Positions 39,560 to 48,982 of a DNA stretch of 64,000 nt are shown here, in pieces (the first letter of the stretch is position 1; each line of letters starts with the position of its first letter). The DNA comes from an uncultured Pseudohongiella sp. (GTDB taxonomy: Bacteria > Pseudomonadota > Gammaproteobacteria > Pseudomonadales > Pseudohongiellaceae). A program made the position numbers and the translations under genes. Under the pieces are notes generated by a model. That model searched no databases, was not told the DNA's origin, and saw nothing but the letters and a program-made list of their open reading frames with translations. Location of the stretch: contig CACBCS010000001.1 of the NCBI GenBank assembly GCA_902537815.1, forward strand, positions 19,213-83,212. Direction: 5' to 3'.

Positions 39560-40759
39560 GTGAATGCTGATTTTACAGCCGAAGAACTGGCTTTTCAGGA
39601 AGAAGTTCGAGAGTTCCTGCAAAACGAATTCCCTGCTGACCTCAAGGCGAAGGTAGAAGCCAGTGTCCGCTTGGACAAGGATGACATGGTCCGCTGGCAA
39701 AAGATTCTGTTCAAAAAAGGCTGGGCAGCACCTACCTGGCCAGTTGAATATGGTGGCACGGGCTGGAGTCACACCAAAACTCACATCTTTGCGACCGAAT
39801 TGGGGCTTTACGGGGCACCGGAACCGATTCCATTCGGGATGAAAATGGTAGCGCCTGTCATCATGGCCTACGGCAGCGAAGAGCAGAAGCAGCGATTCCT
39901 GCCCGACATTTTGGAGAGTAACGTCTGGTGGTGCCAGGGATACTCCGAGCCTAACGCCGGATCCGATCTTGCGTCACTGAAGACTGCAGCGGTCCGCGAG
40001 GGAGATGAATATGTTGTCAACGGCAGCAAAACCTGGAATACGCTCGGCCAGTACGCGGACTGGATTTTTTGTCTGGTCCGGACGGACAACACCGTCAAGA
40101 AACAGGAAGGGATCAGTTTTCTGCTGATTAACATGAAAACGCCCGGCATCACGATCAAGCCAATCGTGCTTCTTGATGGGTTTCCGGAGGTCAACGAAGT
40201 TTTCTTCGATAACGTACGGGTTCCGGCAGAAAATTTGATCGGCGAGGAAAATAAAGGATGGACCTACGCAAAAGTGCTGCTTACCCACGAGCGCACCAAT
40301 ATTGCAGGGGTTCCCCGAGGCAAGCGCCGGCTGAAAGCGCTCAAGCGCATTGCAGGAGAGACCGAAGATGGCTTTGGCGCGAGCATGCTGGAAAATGCCT
40401 CGTTCAAGCAGCGGCTTGCGGAAATTGAAATTGAGTTGCAGGCTCTTGAGTACTCTGAACTTCGAACGCTGGCCGCATTGAGTGTGGGCAAAGCCCCTGG
40501 ACCTGAATCTTCGATTCTGAAGATAGTCGGCACTGAACTGGCACAGAAGATGGATGAAATGTTCGTTGAGCTGGCAGGTTATAACTGTCTCCCGTTCGTG
40601 CCCGAGCAGTTCGAATCCGGATTTGATGGCGATGCGATTGGTCCGGGCGATTCCGCGTCAGCAGCACTGACCTATTTTAATAATCGCAAGCTCTCGATCT
40701 TTGGTGGTTCCAATGAAATTCAGCGCAATATCATCACCAAAGCGGTACTGGGCCTGTAA
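39560..40759 (+). CDS. acyl-CoA dehydrogenase family protein (pair 1, first subunit)
   Basis: GTG start behind AGGAGA. YSEPNAGSD, and C-terminus IFGGSNEIQRN, where Gly replaces the usual YEG Glu. Confidence 0.85.
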   Translation: MNADFTAEELAFQEEVREFLQNEFPADLKAKVEASVRLDKDDMVRWQKILFKKGWAAPTWPVEYGGTGWSHTKTHIFATELGLYGAPEPIPFGMKMVAPVIMAYGSEEQKQRFLPDILESNVWWCQGYSEPNAGSDLASLKTAAVREGDEYVVNGSKTWNTLGQYADWIFCLVRTDNTVKKQEGISFLLINMKTPGITIKPIVLLDGFPEVNEVFFDNVRVPAENLIGEENKGWTYAKVLLTHERTNIAGVPRGKRRLKALKRIAGETEDGFGASMLENASFKQRLAEIEIELQALEYSELRTLAALSVGKAPGPESSILKIVGTELAQKMDEMFVELAGYNCLPFVPEQFESGFDGDAIGPGDSASAALTYFNNRKLSIFGGSNEIQRNIITKAVLGL

Positions 40760-40816
40760 GTAACAGATTAAGCGGAAGGGGCGGTCACAGGGTCGCCAAT
40801 AGCAGAGGTTTTAAAC

Positions 40817-41950
40817 GTGGATTTTTCTTATACAGAAGTACAACAGATGCTGCAGGACTCAGTGCAGAAATTTGTTCAGAAGAGTTATGACTTCGACACG
40901 CGCAATAAAATAATCGGCTCTGAAACAGGTTATAGTGCGGACAACTGGCAGTTGTTTGCGGAGCTGGGGTGGCTGGCGGTGCCATTCTCCGAGGAAGATG
41001 GCGGGCTCGGAGGGTCTGCTGTTGACCTGATGGTGATCATGGAGGAGTTTGGTAAAGCCAATCTTGTTGAACCCTATACGGCCACCGCAGTACTGGGTGG
41101 ATCGCTCGTTGCGAACCTGGCCACCGGTGAGCAGAAAGAAACACTGCTCGAAGGCGTTATTGGCGGCGAGCTGCAGATCGCTCCGGCACTGGCCGAGCCA
41201 AATGGTCGTTACAATCCAGCCAGTGTGTCGACTACGGCCACTGCTGACGGAGATCAGATCATACTCAACGGCACGAAAATCGCTGTTGAAAACGGCCCGA
41301 ATGCGGACACTCTGCTGGTGAGCGCCCGCGAGTCGGGGGAAATTCGGGACGTCGAAGGCATCTCTGTGTTCGCAGTTGAAGCAGGATCGCCCGGCGTGAA
41401 GATCAGAAAATATCGCACGGTAGACGGTAAGCAGGCGGCTGAAGTCACCCTTGATCACGTTTCAGTCGCAGCGAGCAATCGTTTGGGCGACGCAGGTGCC
41501 GCACTGCCGGGTATTGAATCCGCGCTGAACCGCTCAATCGTTGCTGTCAGTGCAGAAGCGGTAGGGTCCCTTGAAGTGCTGCTGCAGAAAACGGTTGAAT
41601 ACAGCAAAACCCGTAAGCAGTTCGGTACCGCTATCGGTACTTTTCAGGCCCTGCAGCATCGGATGGCTGACATGTTTATTCAGTGCCAGCTGGCCCGTTC
41701 AACCGTGATCATGGCGGCGATGTCTCTGGACAGTGATGATTCTTCCGATGAGAAGGCCAAGGCCGTGGCTGCTGCCAAAAGCCGTGTCGGGAAAGCCATA
41801 AAAAGCGTTGGTCAGGAAGCGATACAGATTCACGGCGGTATTGCCATGACTGAAGAGCTTGATGTGGGTCATCTGTTCAAGCGCGTAACCGCCCTGGATC
41901 TCGCCTACGGCGATGGCGATTATCATACTCAGCGCTTTGCCGCGCTCTAA
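40817..41950 (+). CDS. acyl-CoA dehydrogenase family protein (pair 1, second subunit, degenerate C-terminal motif)
   Basis: 377 aa with ACAD fold (IQIHGGIAMTEE). C-terminus LAYGDGDYHTQR lacks the YEGT Glu. Confidence 0.85.
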   Translation: MDFSYTEVQQMLQDSVQKFVQKSYDFDTRNKIIGSETGYSADNWQLFAELGWLAVPFSEEDGGLGGSAVDLMVIMEEFGKANLVEPYTATAVLGGSLVANLATGEQKETLLEGVIGGELQIAPALAEPNGRYNPASVSTTATADGDQIILNGTKIAVENGPNADTLLVSARESGEIRDVEGISVFAVEAGSPGVKIRKYRTVDGKQAAEVTLDHVSVAASNRLGDAGAALPGIESALNRSIVAVSAEAVGSLEVLLQKTVEYSKTRKQFGTAIGTFQALQHRMADMFIQCQLARSTVIMAAMSLDSDDSSDEKAKAVAAAKSRVGKAIKSVGQEAIQIHGGIAMTEELDVGHLFKRVTALDLAYGDGDYHTQRFAAL

Positions 41951-41964
41951 AAACCCCACGTCTG

Positions 41965-42672
41965 ATGAGCGAGCTCGTCTTTGTCCGCCATGGACAAGCT
42001 TCGTTCGGCGCAGCTTCCTACGATGCGCTGAGCGAGCGCGGCTTCGAGCAGGTACGTGAGCTTGCCAGGCACTGGCTGGAAACGGGAGAGTCATTTCAGG
42101 CTATCTACTCAGGGACTCTGCAACGACAAAGAGAAACGGCCGCCGAATTGGCTCCAGTGGTCAAGGATCAGGCCGCGCCGCAGCGCCTGGAATCTCTGAA
42201 TGAATACCATGGCGACCCGCTGATTCATATCTATCTGCGCGATCACGCCGCGCGGGAGGGTGTCGCGCCACCTGACGGGTGGCCGATTAAGGACAACAGA
42301 ACCTTTCAATCGGTCCTAGAAGCCGCCTCCGCCTGCTGGATCCGGGATGAGCTTGAACCTCAGGACTGCGATCAGGGATTCGAATATTGGCGAGACTTCA
42401 AGCAGCGGGTCTACGGGACAGTAGATCAGATTATGGCAGCACACAGCGGCGGCAGCAGGGTTCTTGTGTCAACCTCCGGTGGCGTGATCGCCACAGCGCT
42501 GCAGCGGGTGCTCGGATTTTCCGATCAGCAGGTGATTGCAACCAACTGGATGGTGCACAACAGTTCCGTTACCAAGGTGCGCTACGGGGGTGGCAGAATC
42601 TCTCTGAGCCAATTCAACAGCCTGCCTCATTTAGAGCGCCAGGATAAGCAACATCTGATAACCTACCGCTAA
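41965..42672 (+). CDS. histidine phosphatase (phosphoglycerate-mutase) family protein
   Basis: LVFVRHGQASF (RHG) motif. 235 aa. Confidence 0.8.
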   Translation: MSELVFVRHGQASFGAASYDALSERGFEQVRELARHWLETGESFQAIYSGTLQRQRETAAELAPVVKDQAAPQRLESLNEYHGDPLIHIYLRDHAAREGVAPPDGWPIKDNRTFQSVLEAASACWIRDELEPQDCDQGFEYWRDFKQRVYGTVDQIMAAHSGGSRVLVSTSGGVIATALQRVLGFSDQQVIATNWMVHNSSVTKVRYGGGRISLSQFNSLPHLERQDKQHLITYR

Positions 42673-42701
42673 ACATCCACCAATAATAAGGAAAATAAAG
42701 A

Positions 42702-43781
42702 TTGTCTAGTGTGGACCTGATTGACCGAGCCGGTGATATTCGTGCCGGCGAAGAACTTGATACTGACCGGCTGCGCGATTATCTGGAACCGATACTCGGA
42801 CCCGTGGCAAAAACTCTGGAAGTCACTCAGTTCCCTGGCGGACACTCAAATCTGACGTATCTCTTGTCTGCCGGCAATCAGCGGTGGGTACTGCGGCGTC
42901 CGCCGTTTGGCAGCAAGGTGAAATCAGCCCATGACATGTCCAGAGAGTATCGGATTCTTTCGGCTCTGAAAGATGAGTTTGCCTTCGGGCCTGTGCCGGA
43001 ACATTTCTGCGACGATCACGAGATTATTGGCTGTGATTTTTATCTGATGAACTGCATTGAGGGCCTGGTGATTCGCCGCGAGTATCCTGCCGGCCTTCAG
43101 TTAAGTCCGACTCAGATACGACAGCAGTTGTTGAATTTTTTTGACGTGCTTGCGGATCTCCATTCGGTGGATCTGGTAGCCGCCGGCCTGGACAGCTTCG
43201 GGCGGCCAGAGGGTTATGTGCGTCGTCAGGTTGAAGGCTGGTGTCGCCGCTGGGCCGACTCTGCAACGCCGAATACGGTTGACGTTTACGCCACCATGCA
43301 GTGGCTGCACGACAATATGCCTGCCGAAAGTGGCAAGGCCAGCGTGATTCACAATGATTACAAGCTGGATAATGTGATCTTCAGCGCCGACAACCCGCTT
43401 GAGGTTATCGGCGTGCTGGATTGGGAAATGGCTACTGTCGGAGATCCTCTGATGGACCTGGGCTGTACCTTGGGCTACTGGGTGCAGGTTTCCGATCCGG
43501 ATTTCTTCCGGGAGTCGCGTACCATGCCATCAGACATCGAAGGCGCGCCGACGCGGCGGGAAATTATCCGGAGATTTCAGGAAAAAACTGGCCTCTCTGT
43601 CGACAATTTTCCGTTCTACTTTTGCTTCGGCCTGTTCCGTTTGTGTGTGATCGGCCAGCAGATTTACTATCGCTACTATCACGGGCACACCAAAGATGAG
43701 CGTTTCGCGGGGTTTCTTAAGAAAGCATTCGTGCTCCAGCAGATGTGTGAACTGACTATCAAAGGTGAGGTGACAGACTGA
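42702..43781 (+). CDS. phosphotransferase (APH/choline-kinase-like) family protein
   Basis: 359 aa. Catalytic loop IHNDYKLDNVIF and LDWEMATVGDPLMD. Confidence 0.8.
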   Translation: MSSVDLIDRAGDIRAGEELDTDRLRDYLEPILGPVAKTLEVTQFPGGHSNLTYLLSAGNQRWVLRRPPFGSKVKSAHDMSREYRILSALKDEFAFGPVPEHFCDDHEIIGCDFYLMNCIEGLVIRREYPAGLQLSPTQIRQQLLNFFDVLADLHSVDLVAAGLDSFGRPEGYVRRQVEGWCRRWADSATPNTVDVYATMQWLHDNMPAESGKASVIHNDYKLDNVIFSADNPLEVIGVLDWEMATVGDPLMDLGCTLGYWVQVSDPDFFRESRTMPSDIEGAPTRREIIRRFQEKTGLSVDNFPFYFCFGLFRLCVIGQQIYYRYYHGHTKDERFAGFLKKAFVLQQMCELTIKGEVTD

Positions 43782-44572
43782 TGGGTGTCTCAATTAACGA
43801 GTTATTTAACGTGGCCGGTAAGGTGGCGGTCGTTACCGGAGGGTCGCGAGGCATCGGTCGGATGATCGCCGAGGCGTATGTTCAAAACGGCGTGAAGACC
43901 TACATCACTGCCCGAAAAGAGGCGGCCTGTCAGCAAACGGCGGATGAACTGAACCAAAAAGGAGACTGTGTTGCGCTGCCTGTGGATCTCTCAACGTCGG
44001 AGGGCAGAGAACAGTTTGTTTCCGAAATGAAAGCCCGGGAAAAGAAACTCGATATTCTGGTGAACAACGCCGGCGCTGCCTGGGGTGCTCCATTTGAGGA
44101 ATACCCAGACGAGGGCTATGACAAAGTCATGGAAATCAACGTAAAAGCCATTTTTATGTTAACCCGTGATCTGCTGCCTTTGCTGGAAGAGGGTGCCAGT
44201 CCGGATAACCCCAGTCGAGTGATCAATATCGGTTCCATAGACGGTCTGCGCGTTTCCACTACGGACAACTTCGCTTACGGGGCTAGTAAGGCGGCGGTGC
44301 ACTTTCTGACAAAGAATCTGGCAGTGCGCCTGGCGGGTAAAGGGCTGACCGTGAATGCAATTGCGCCCGGCCCGTTTGAGAGCAAAATGATGGACCATAT
44401 GCTTTCGCAGTTCAGAGATAAAATCGAAGCGGAAAATCCTCTGGGACGGATTGGCAACCCCACAGATATGGGGGGATTGGCCATCTATCTGGCCTCGCCG
44501 GCGACCAGTTACATGACAGGTCAGGTGATCGCGCTGGACGGTGGACGGCAGCTGGGTGCCAGACAAGACTAA
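43781..44572 (+). CDS. SDR family oxidoreductase
   Basis: 263 aa with TGGSRGIG, NNAG and YGASK. Its start overlaps the kinase stop. Confidence 0.9.
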   Translation: MGVSINELFNVAGKVAVVTGGSRGIGRMIAEAYVQNGVKTYITARKEAACQQTADELNQKGDCVALPVDLSTSEGREQFVSEMKAREKKLDILVNNAGAAWGAPFEEYPDEGYDKVMEINVKAIFMLTRDLLPLLEEGASPDNPSRVINIGSIDGLRVSTTDNFAYGASKAAVHFLTKNLAVRLAGKGLTVNAIAPGPFESKMMDHMLSQFRDKIEAENPLGRIGNPTDMGGLAIYLASPATSYMTGQVIALDGGRQLGARQD

Positions 44573-44663
44573 TTGCGCTGAAACCTTCCCAATGATCTCG
44601 GCTTGGTGCTACTGTAGTCTCTGGACTTAGCGCAAACCTCCCACTGTTGGTTGGCAGACTATC

Positions 44664-45320
44664 GTGAGCGACAATTCTTTACCTACCGTTCCCCGTGCCA
44701 TTGTTGCCGCTATGGCGTTCGCCAGCGGCTTCTGCATCATGACAGTGGAAATGCTGGGTGCGCGTATCCTTTCGCCATATTTTGGCGGGAGCCTTTCTGT
44801 ATGGGGCAGCATCATTACAATCTTTATGTTAGCGCTGGCGCTGGGGTATTTGTGGGGTGGCAAACTGTCCGCGCGTAAACCCAGCGCAATAACCTTTGCC
44901 GGATTTTTCATCGGGGCGGCAGTCTTCTCCATTCCCATTATTGTTTTCTCGGATGCGATTATGGAGCCGATTTTTATGGCGCTGGAGGACCCTCGTTATG
45001 GTTCTTTGTTTGCTGCCATATTCCTGTTCTTTATTCCGACGAGTATCCTCGGCATGATTTCGCCTTACGCGGTTCGGCTCATGGTGCAGAACGAAGCCCA
45101 CAGCGGGCAGATGGCGGGTTTACTCTACTTTATCTCTACGCTGGGAAGCGCAGCCGGAACCCTCGGGACCAGTTTTTATTTCGTGCTCTGGTTTGAGGTC
45201 AATCAAATTTTATGGGGTGCTATCTTTACTCTCCTGCTTGCTGGTCTGGTAATACTTGCGGCGCATTATTTCGGGAAGGATAAGAGGGCAGCGCATGCCG
45301 AGGCAGTCAATTGTGCGTAA
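44664..45320 (+). CDS. polytopic membrane protein resembling the membrane module of fused MFS/spermidine-synthase proteins
   Basis: 218 aa, about 6-7 TM. ARILSPYFGGSLSVWGSIITIFMLALALGY block. Confidence 0.55.
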   Translation: MSDNSLPTVPRAIVAAMAFASGFCIMTVEMLGARILSPYFGGSLSVWGSIITIFMLALALGYLWGGKLSARKPSAITFAGFFIGAAVFSIPIIVFSDAIMEPIFMALEDPRYGSLFAAIFLFFIPTSILGMISPYAVRLMVQNEAHSGQMAGLLYFISTLGSAAGTLGTSFYFVLWFEVNQILWGAIFTLLLAGLVILAAHYFGKDKRAAHAEAVNCA

Positions 45321-46212
45321 ATCAATGCTGTTTGTATCTGCGATAAGCGCGCTGTTAAGCAGTGTGCCGGCAGGCGTGGTCGCCGCAGAAACTATCCATG
45401 AGGAGCGCTCCAAATATCGGGATATCACTGTCACTGAGGTTGGGAACAGGCGCTGCTTGCTGTTTAACGTGCATCGGGGTGATCGTAATCAGACCTGTGT
45501 TCTGGTCAATGACAAGCAGCGGCTCGTGTTTGACTACACCCGCATGAGTTTTGCGGGTCTGTTGCTCAATGATCGCCCTGAGAGCATTCTGGTGATCGGC
45601 CTGGGAGGCGGCTCTATTCCTCTGACCTTCGCTGATCTGTTTCCCGACGCCCGGATTGATGTCGTTGAAATCGATGAGGCCGTAGTCAGTGTTGCGGAGG
45701 AATTTTTCTTCTTCGAAGAAACCGAGAATATGGCGGTTTACGTCGATGACGGCCGGCCATTTATCAAGCGAGCAGGAATCAGGCGGGAGAAATATGACTA
45801 CATCGTGCTGGATGCTTTCAGCGGCGATTATATTCCCGAGCACATGCTGACCCGCGAATTTCTGGATGAAGTGAGAAACATCATGCGACCGGAGTCGGTG
45901 CTGGTCGCCAATACCTTCTCAACCAGCAGGCTTTACGATCATGAGTCGGTGACCTATCAGCGAGCCTTTGGTGAGTTCTTTAATTTCAAGTTACCCACCA
46001 CAGGAAACCGGATAATCATTACCCAGCTGGAGCCTTTGCCTCCCAGAGCCCAGCTGGTGGAAAAAGCCCAGTCGTTTGCAGGTCGTTTGGAGAAATACGG
46101 CGTCCCCATCCTCGAGTACCCCTCGAGGCTGTCCACGCGGGTCGATTGGGACATGAGCCGCAGGCAACTCACCGATCAATACGCTCCGGCTAACCTGCTA
46201 CGAGGCAAATGA
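45295..46212 (+). CDS. spermidine-synthase-like SAM methyltransferase-fold protein with N-terminal signal/anchor
   Basis: ILVIGLGGGSIP and VVEIDEAVV SAM-binding motifs, plus DAFSGDYIPEHM. Start uncertain. ORF overlaps the preceding gene in another frame. Confidence 0.65.
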   Translation: MPRQSIVRKSMLFVSAISALLSSVPAGVVAAETIHEERSKYRDITVTEVGNRRCLLFNVHRGDRNQTCVLVNDKQRLVFDYTRMSFAGLLLNDRPESILVIGLGGGSIPLTFADLFPDARIDVVEIDEAVVSVAEEFFFFEETENMAVYVDDGRPFIKRAGIRREKYDYIVLDAFSGDYIPEHMLTREFLDEVRNIMRPESVLVANTFSTSRLYDHESVTYQRAFGEFFNFKLPTTGNRIIITQLEPLPPRAQLVEKAQSFAGRLEKYGVPILEYPSRLSTRVDWDMSRRQLTDQYAPANLLRGK

Positions 46213-46338
46213 GGGTCTGTCCCCGCCTTTGATGGCTTTTTGGGGTGCGGGACCGCTTTATGAGTCGGGATCACTGAATTCAACAATGCTGCCTGACACC
46301 TTAGCCAAACAGCAGCTGGCGGCACGGTCATCGTGACG

Positions 46339-47487
46339 TTAAGAAAAATCCCGCATCATGTTCCGAGCGATAATGACCTGCTGAATCTGGCTGGTTCCCT
46401 CGTAAAGCCTGAACAGACGCACGTCCCGGTAGAAGCGCTCTACCGCATATTCAGACATATAGCCAGCTCCTCCATGGATCTGAACTGCGCGATCCGCGAC
46501 GCGGCCGACCATTTCAGTGGCAAACAGCTTGCAGGCAGAAGACTCGGTGCTCACGTTCTCTCCGCTGTCGCGTTTTCTGGCGGTTTCAAGGGTCATGCAT
46601 TTCGCGGCGTAGGTCTCAGTCTGTGAGTCTGCCAGCATGCCCTGTATCAGTTGTTGTTCAGCAATTGGTTTGCCAAATTGTTTGCGCTGCAGAGCGTATT
46701 CAAGCGAGTCGTGAATCAGTCGCTCAGCGACGCCTACGCTCACGCCGGAAATGTGCAGGCGGCCCCGGTCCAGAACTTTCATCGCTGTCACGAAGCCTTC
46801 ACCCTCCTCTCCGATCAGATTTTCGGCGGGCACCCTGCAGTCCTCAAAAATTACATCACAGGTCATGGAGCCGGCTTGCCCCATTTTTTTGTCTACTGAG
46901 CCAAGGGTAATTCCCGGGGTTTCCCGCTCAACGATGAAAGAAGAGATGCCCCTCGCTCCCTTATTGTCCGGGTCGGTCCGCGCCATCACGTTGAAGGTGT
47001 GTGCAACCTTAGCATTGGTGATATAGCGTTTGGTTCCGTTCAGAACATAATGATCGCCATCCCTGACCGCGGCGGTTTTCAGTGAGGCGGCATCAGAACC
47101 GGCTTCCGGTTCCGTGAGACAAAAGCAGGAGATCCATTCGCCTGAGGCGTATTTCGGCAGATACTTCTGCTTTTGTTCCTCTGTGCCATTAAACACCACT
47201 GCCGCAGAGCCGATGCCGTTGTTCGTTCCCATGATGGAGCGAAAAGCGGGGGATGTTCTTCCCAGGGCGATGGAAACCAGGATTTCCTCTTCCATGGTCA
47301 GGCCGAGACCGCCGTACTCTTCCGGAATGGTGAGCCCGAAGAGTCCCAGAGCTTTCATCTCTTCGAGAATGTCGTCAGGTAGCCTGCCTTCGGTAGCCAG
47401 ACGCTCTTCATTAGGTACAAGTCTCTCCCTGACAAAGCGTTCAATCAGATCGACAAGCTGCTTAATTGTTTCCTGATCCCTGATCAT
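46339..47487 (-). CDS. acyl-CoA dehydrogenase (canonical short/medium-chain type)
   Basis: 382 aa. CLTEPEAGSD and canonical LYEGTSQIQ. Confidence 0.9.
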   Translation of the reverse strand: MIRDQETIKQLVDLIERFVRERLVPNEERLATEGRLPDDILEEMKALGLFGLTIPEEYGGLGLTMEEEILVSIALGRTSPAFRSIMGTNNGIGSAAVVFNGTEEQKQKYLPKYASGEWISCFCLTEPEAGSDAASLKTAAVRDGDHYVLNGTKRYITNAKVAHTFNVMARTDPDNKGARGISSFIVERETPGITLGSVDKKMGQAGSMTCDVIFEDCRVPAENLIGEEGEGFVTAMKVLDRGRLHISGVSVGVAERLIHDSLEYALQRKQFGKPIAEQQLIQGMLADSQTETYAAKCMTLETARKRDSGENVSTESSACKLFATEMVGRVADRAVQIHGGAGYMSEYAVERFYRDVRLFRLYEGTSQIQQVIIARNMMRDFS

Positions 47488-47730
47488 GTAGACCCCCTTT
47501 TTTCGGTGCGGCTAAACTACCACAGCCGCAGGTTTTATGCGACTTTGGCCCCGATTTGCGGGCCTGCGCGCCTATGCTAGAATGCCGGCAGATCGGCGCT
47601 GCGGCGCAAATTCAGGTTACCACATGGGTGCCCAAGCCTGTGGTTCCCGCTATACACAAACTGTACTCAGGTAATTCGTCCTGGGTTATCAATCCCGCCA
47701 CGCTCAATCGACAAATAAAAAGAGTACGAG

Positions 47731-48951
47731 ATGTCTGAAACTGCCTTAACCGATGCGTTTATCTACGACGGCATCAGAACGCCCTTCGGGCGCCATGCAG
47801 GTGCCCTTGCGCCGGTCCGACCAGACGATCTTTTGGCTCATGTCATCAGAACGGTAGTCGAAAAAAATGATTTCCCGAAGGAAGCCTTTGAGGATGTTAT
47901 TGCCGGTAACACAAACCAGGCCGGAGAAGATTGCCGGAATGTTGGACGCTTTGCGTCGCTGCTTGCAGGGATGCCCGTTGAGGTTGGCGGACTGACGGTT
48001 AACCGACTGTGTGCCTCCGGCCTGGCGGCGACCCTGCACGCTGCGAATTCGGTGAAAATACGCGAAGGAGAACTGTTCGTGGCAGGCGGCGTGGAATCTA
48101 TGAGCCGCGCTCCCCTGGTGTTGTCCAAGGCGCACGGGCCTTATGACCGTGGTCAATCACTGGCAGACAGTACTCTGGGCGCCCGATTTACCAACCCCGC
48201 CTTCGCTGCCGGGTTTGGTAATGACACGATGCCGGAAACAGCAGACAACATCGCGTCGGACGTCGAGATTTCCCGGGGAGACAGCGACCGCTTTGCTGCG
48301 GCTTCTCAGGCGAAATATGAAGCCGCGCGCGCGGACGGTTTTTTTGCAAATGAAATAGTTGCCATCGATGTGCCCCAGGGAAGAAAAAAACCGCCAGTTT
48401 CCGTCGCCACGGACGAGCACCCCCGGCCCCAAACCACGCTTGAATCATTGTCCGGACTGCGAACGCTGTTCGATAACGGTGTCGTTACCGCTGGGAATGC
48501 CTCAGGGATCAATGACGGAGCTGCCGCACTGATAGTTGGGAGTCGTGAAGTAGGTGAGCGCTATGGAGTCAAACCCAGGGCTCGCATCGTGGCGGGCGCG
48601 GTCGCCGGTGTCGAGCCCCGGGTGATGGGTTTTGGTCCGGTCTTTGCGATTCAGAAAGCCCTCGGGCGAGCGAGCCTGCGGCTGTCGGATATGGACATTA
48701 TTGAAATCAACGAAGCCTTCGCCTCCCAGGTGCTTGGCTGTCTCAAGTTGCTTGATGTTGATTTTTCGGATTCACGCGTTAATCCCAATGGCGGTGCCAT
48801 TGCCGTCGGACATCCTCTTGGTGCTTCTGGTGCGCGGATTGCCCTGACGGCCATGCGGCAGCTGGAACGGAGCGGTGGGCGCTATGCGGCCATCAGTCTG
48901 TGTATCGGTATCGGTCAGGGGTTGGCGGCAATTCTGGAACGAGTTGACTGA
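47731..48951 (+). CDS. acetyl-CoA C-acyltransferase (thiolase)
   Basis: 406 aa. NRLCASGL active-site Cys, and NPNGGAIAVGHPLGASG / CIGIGQG C-terminal motifs. Confidence 0.9.
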   Translation: MSETALTDAFIYDGIRTPFGRHAGALAPVRPDDLLAHVIRTVVEKNDFPKEAFEDVIAGNTNQAGEDCRNVGRFASLLAGMPVEVGGLTVNRLCASGLAATLHAANSVKIREGELFVAGGVESMSRAPLVLSKAHGPYDRGQSLADSTLGARFTNPAFAAGFGNDTMPETADNIASDVEISRGDSDRFAAASQAKYEAARADGFFANEIVAIDVPQGRKKPPVSVATDEHPRPQTTLESLSGLRTLFDNGVVTAGNASGINDGAAALIVGSREVGERYGVKPRARIVAGAVAGVEPRVMGFGPVFAIQKALGRASLRLSDMDIIEINEAFASQVLGCLKLLDVDFSDSRVNPNGGAIAVGHPLGASGARIALTAMRQLERSGGRYAAISLCIGIGQGLAAILERVD

Positions 48952-48982
48952 AATACTTTCATTTAAAAAGTAAGGAATAAAT

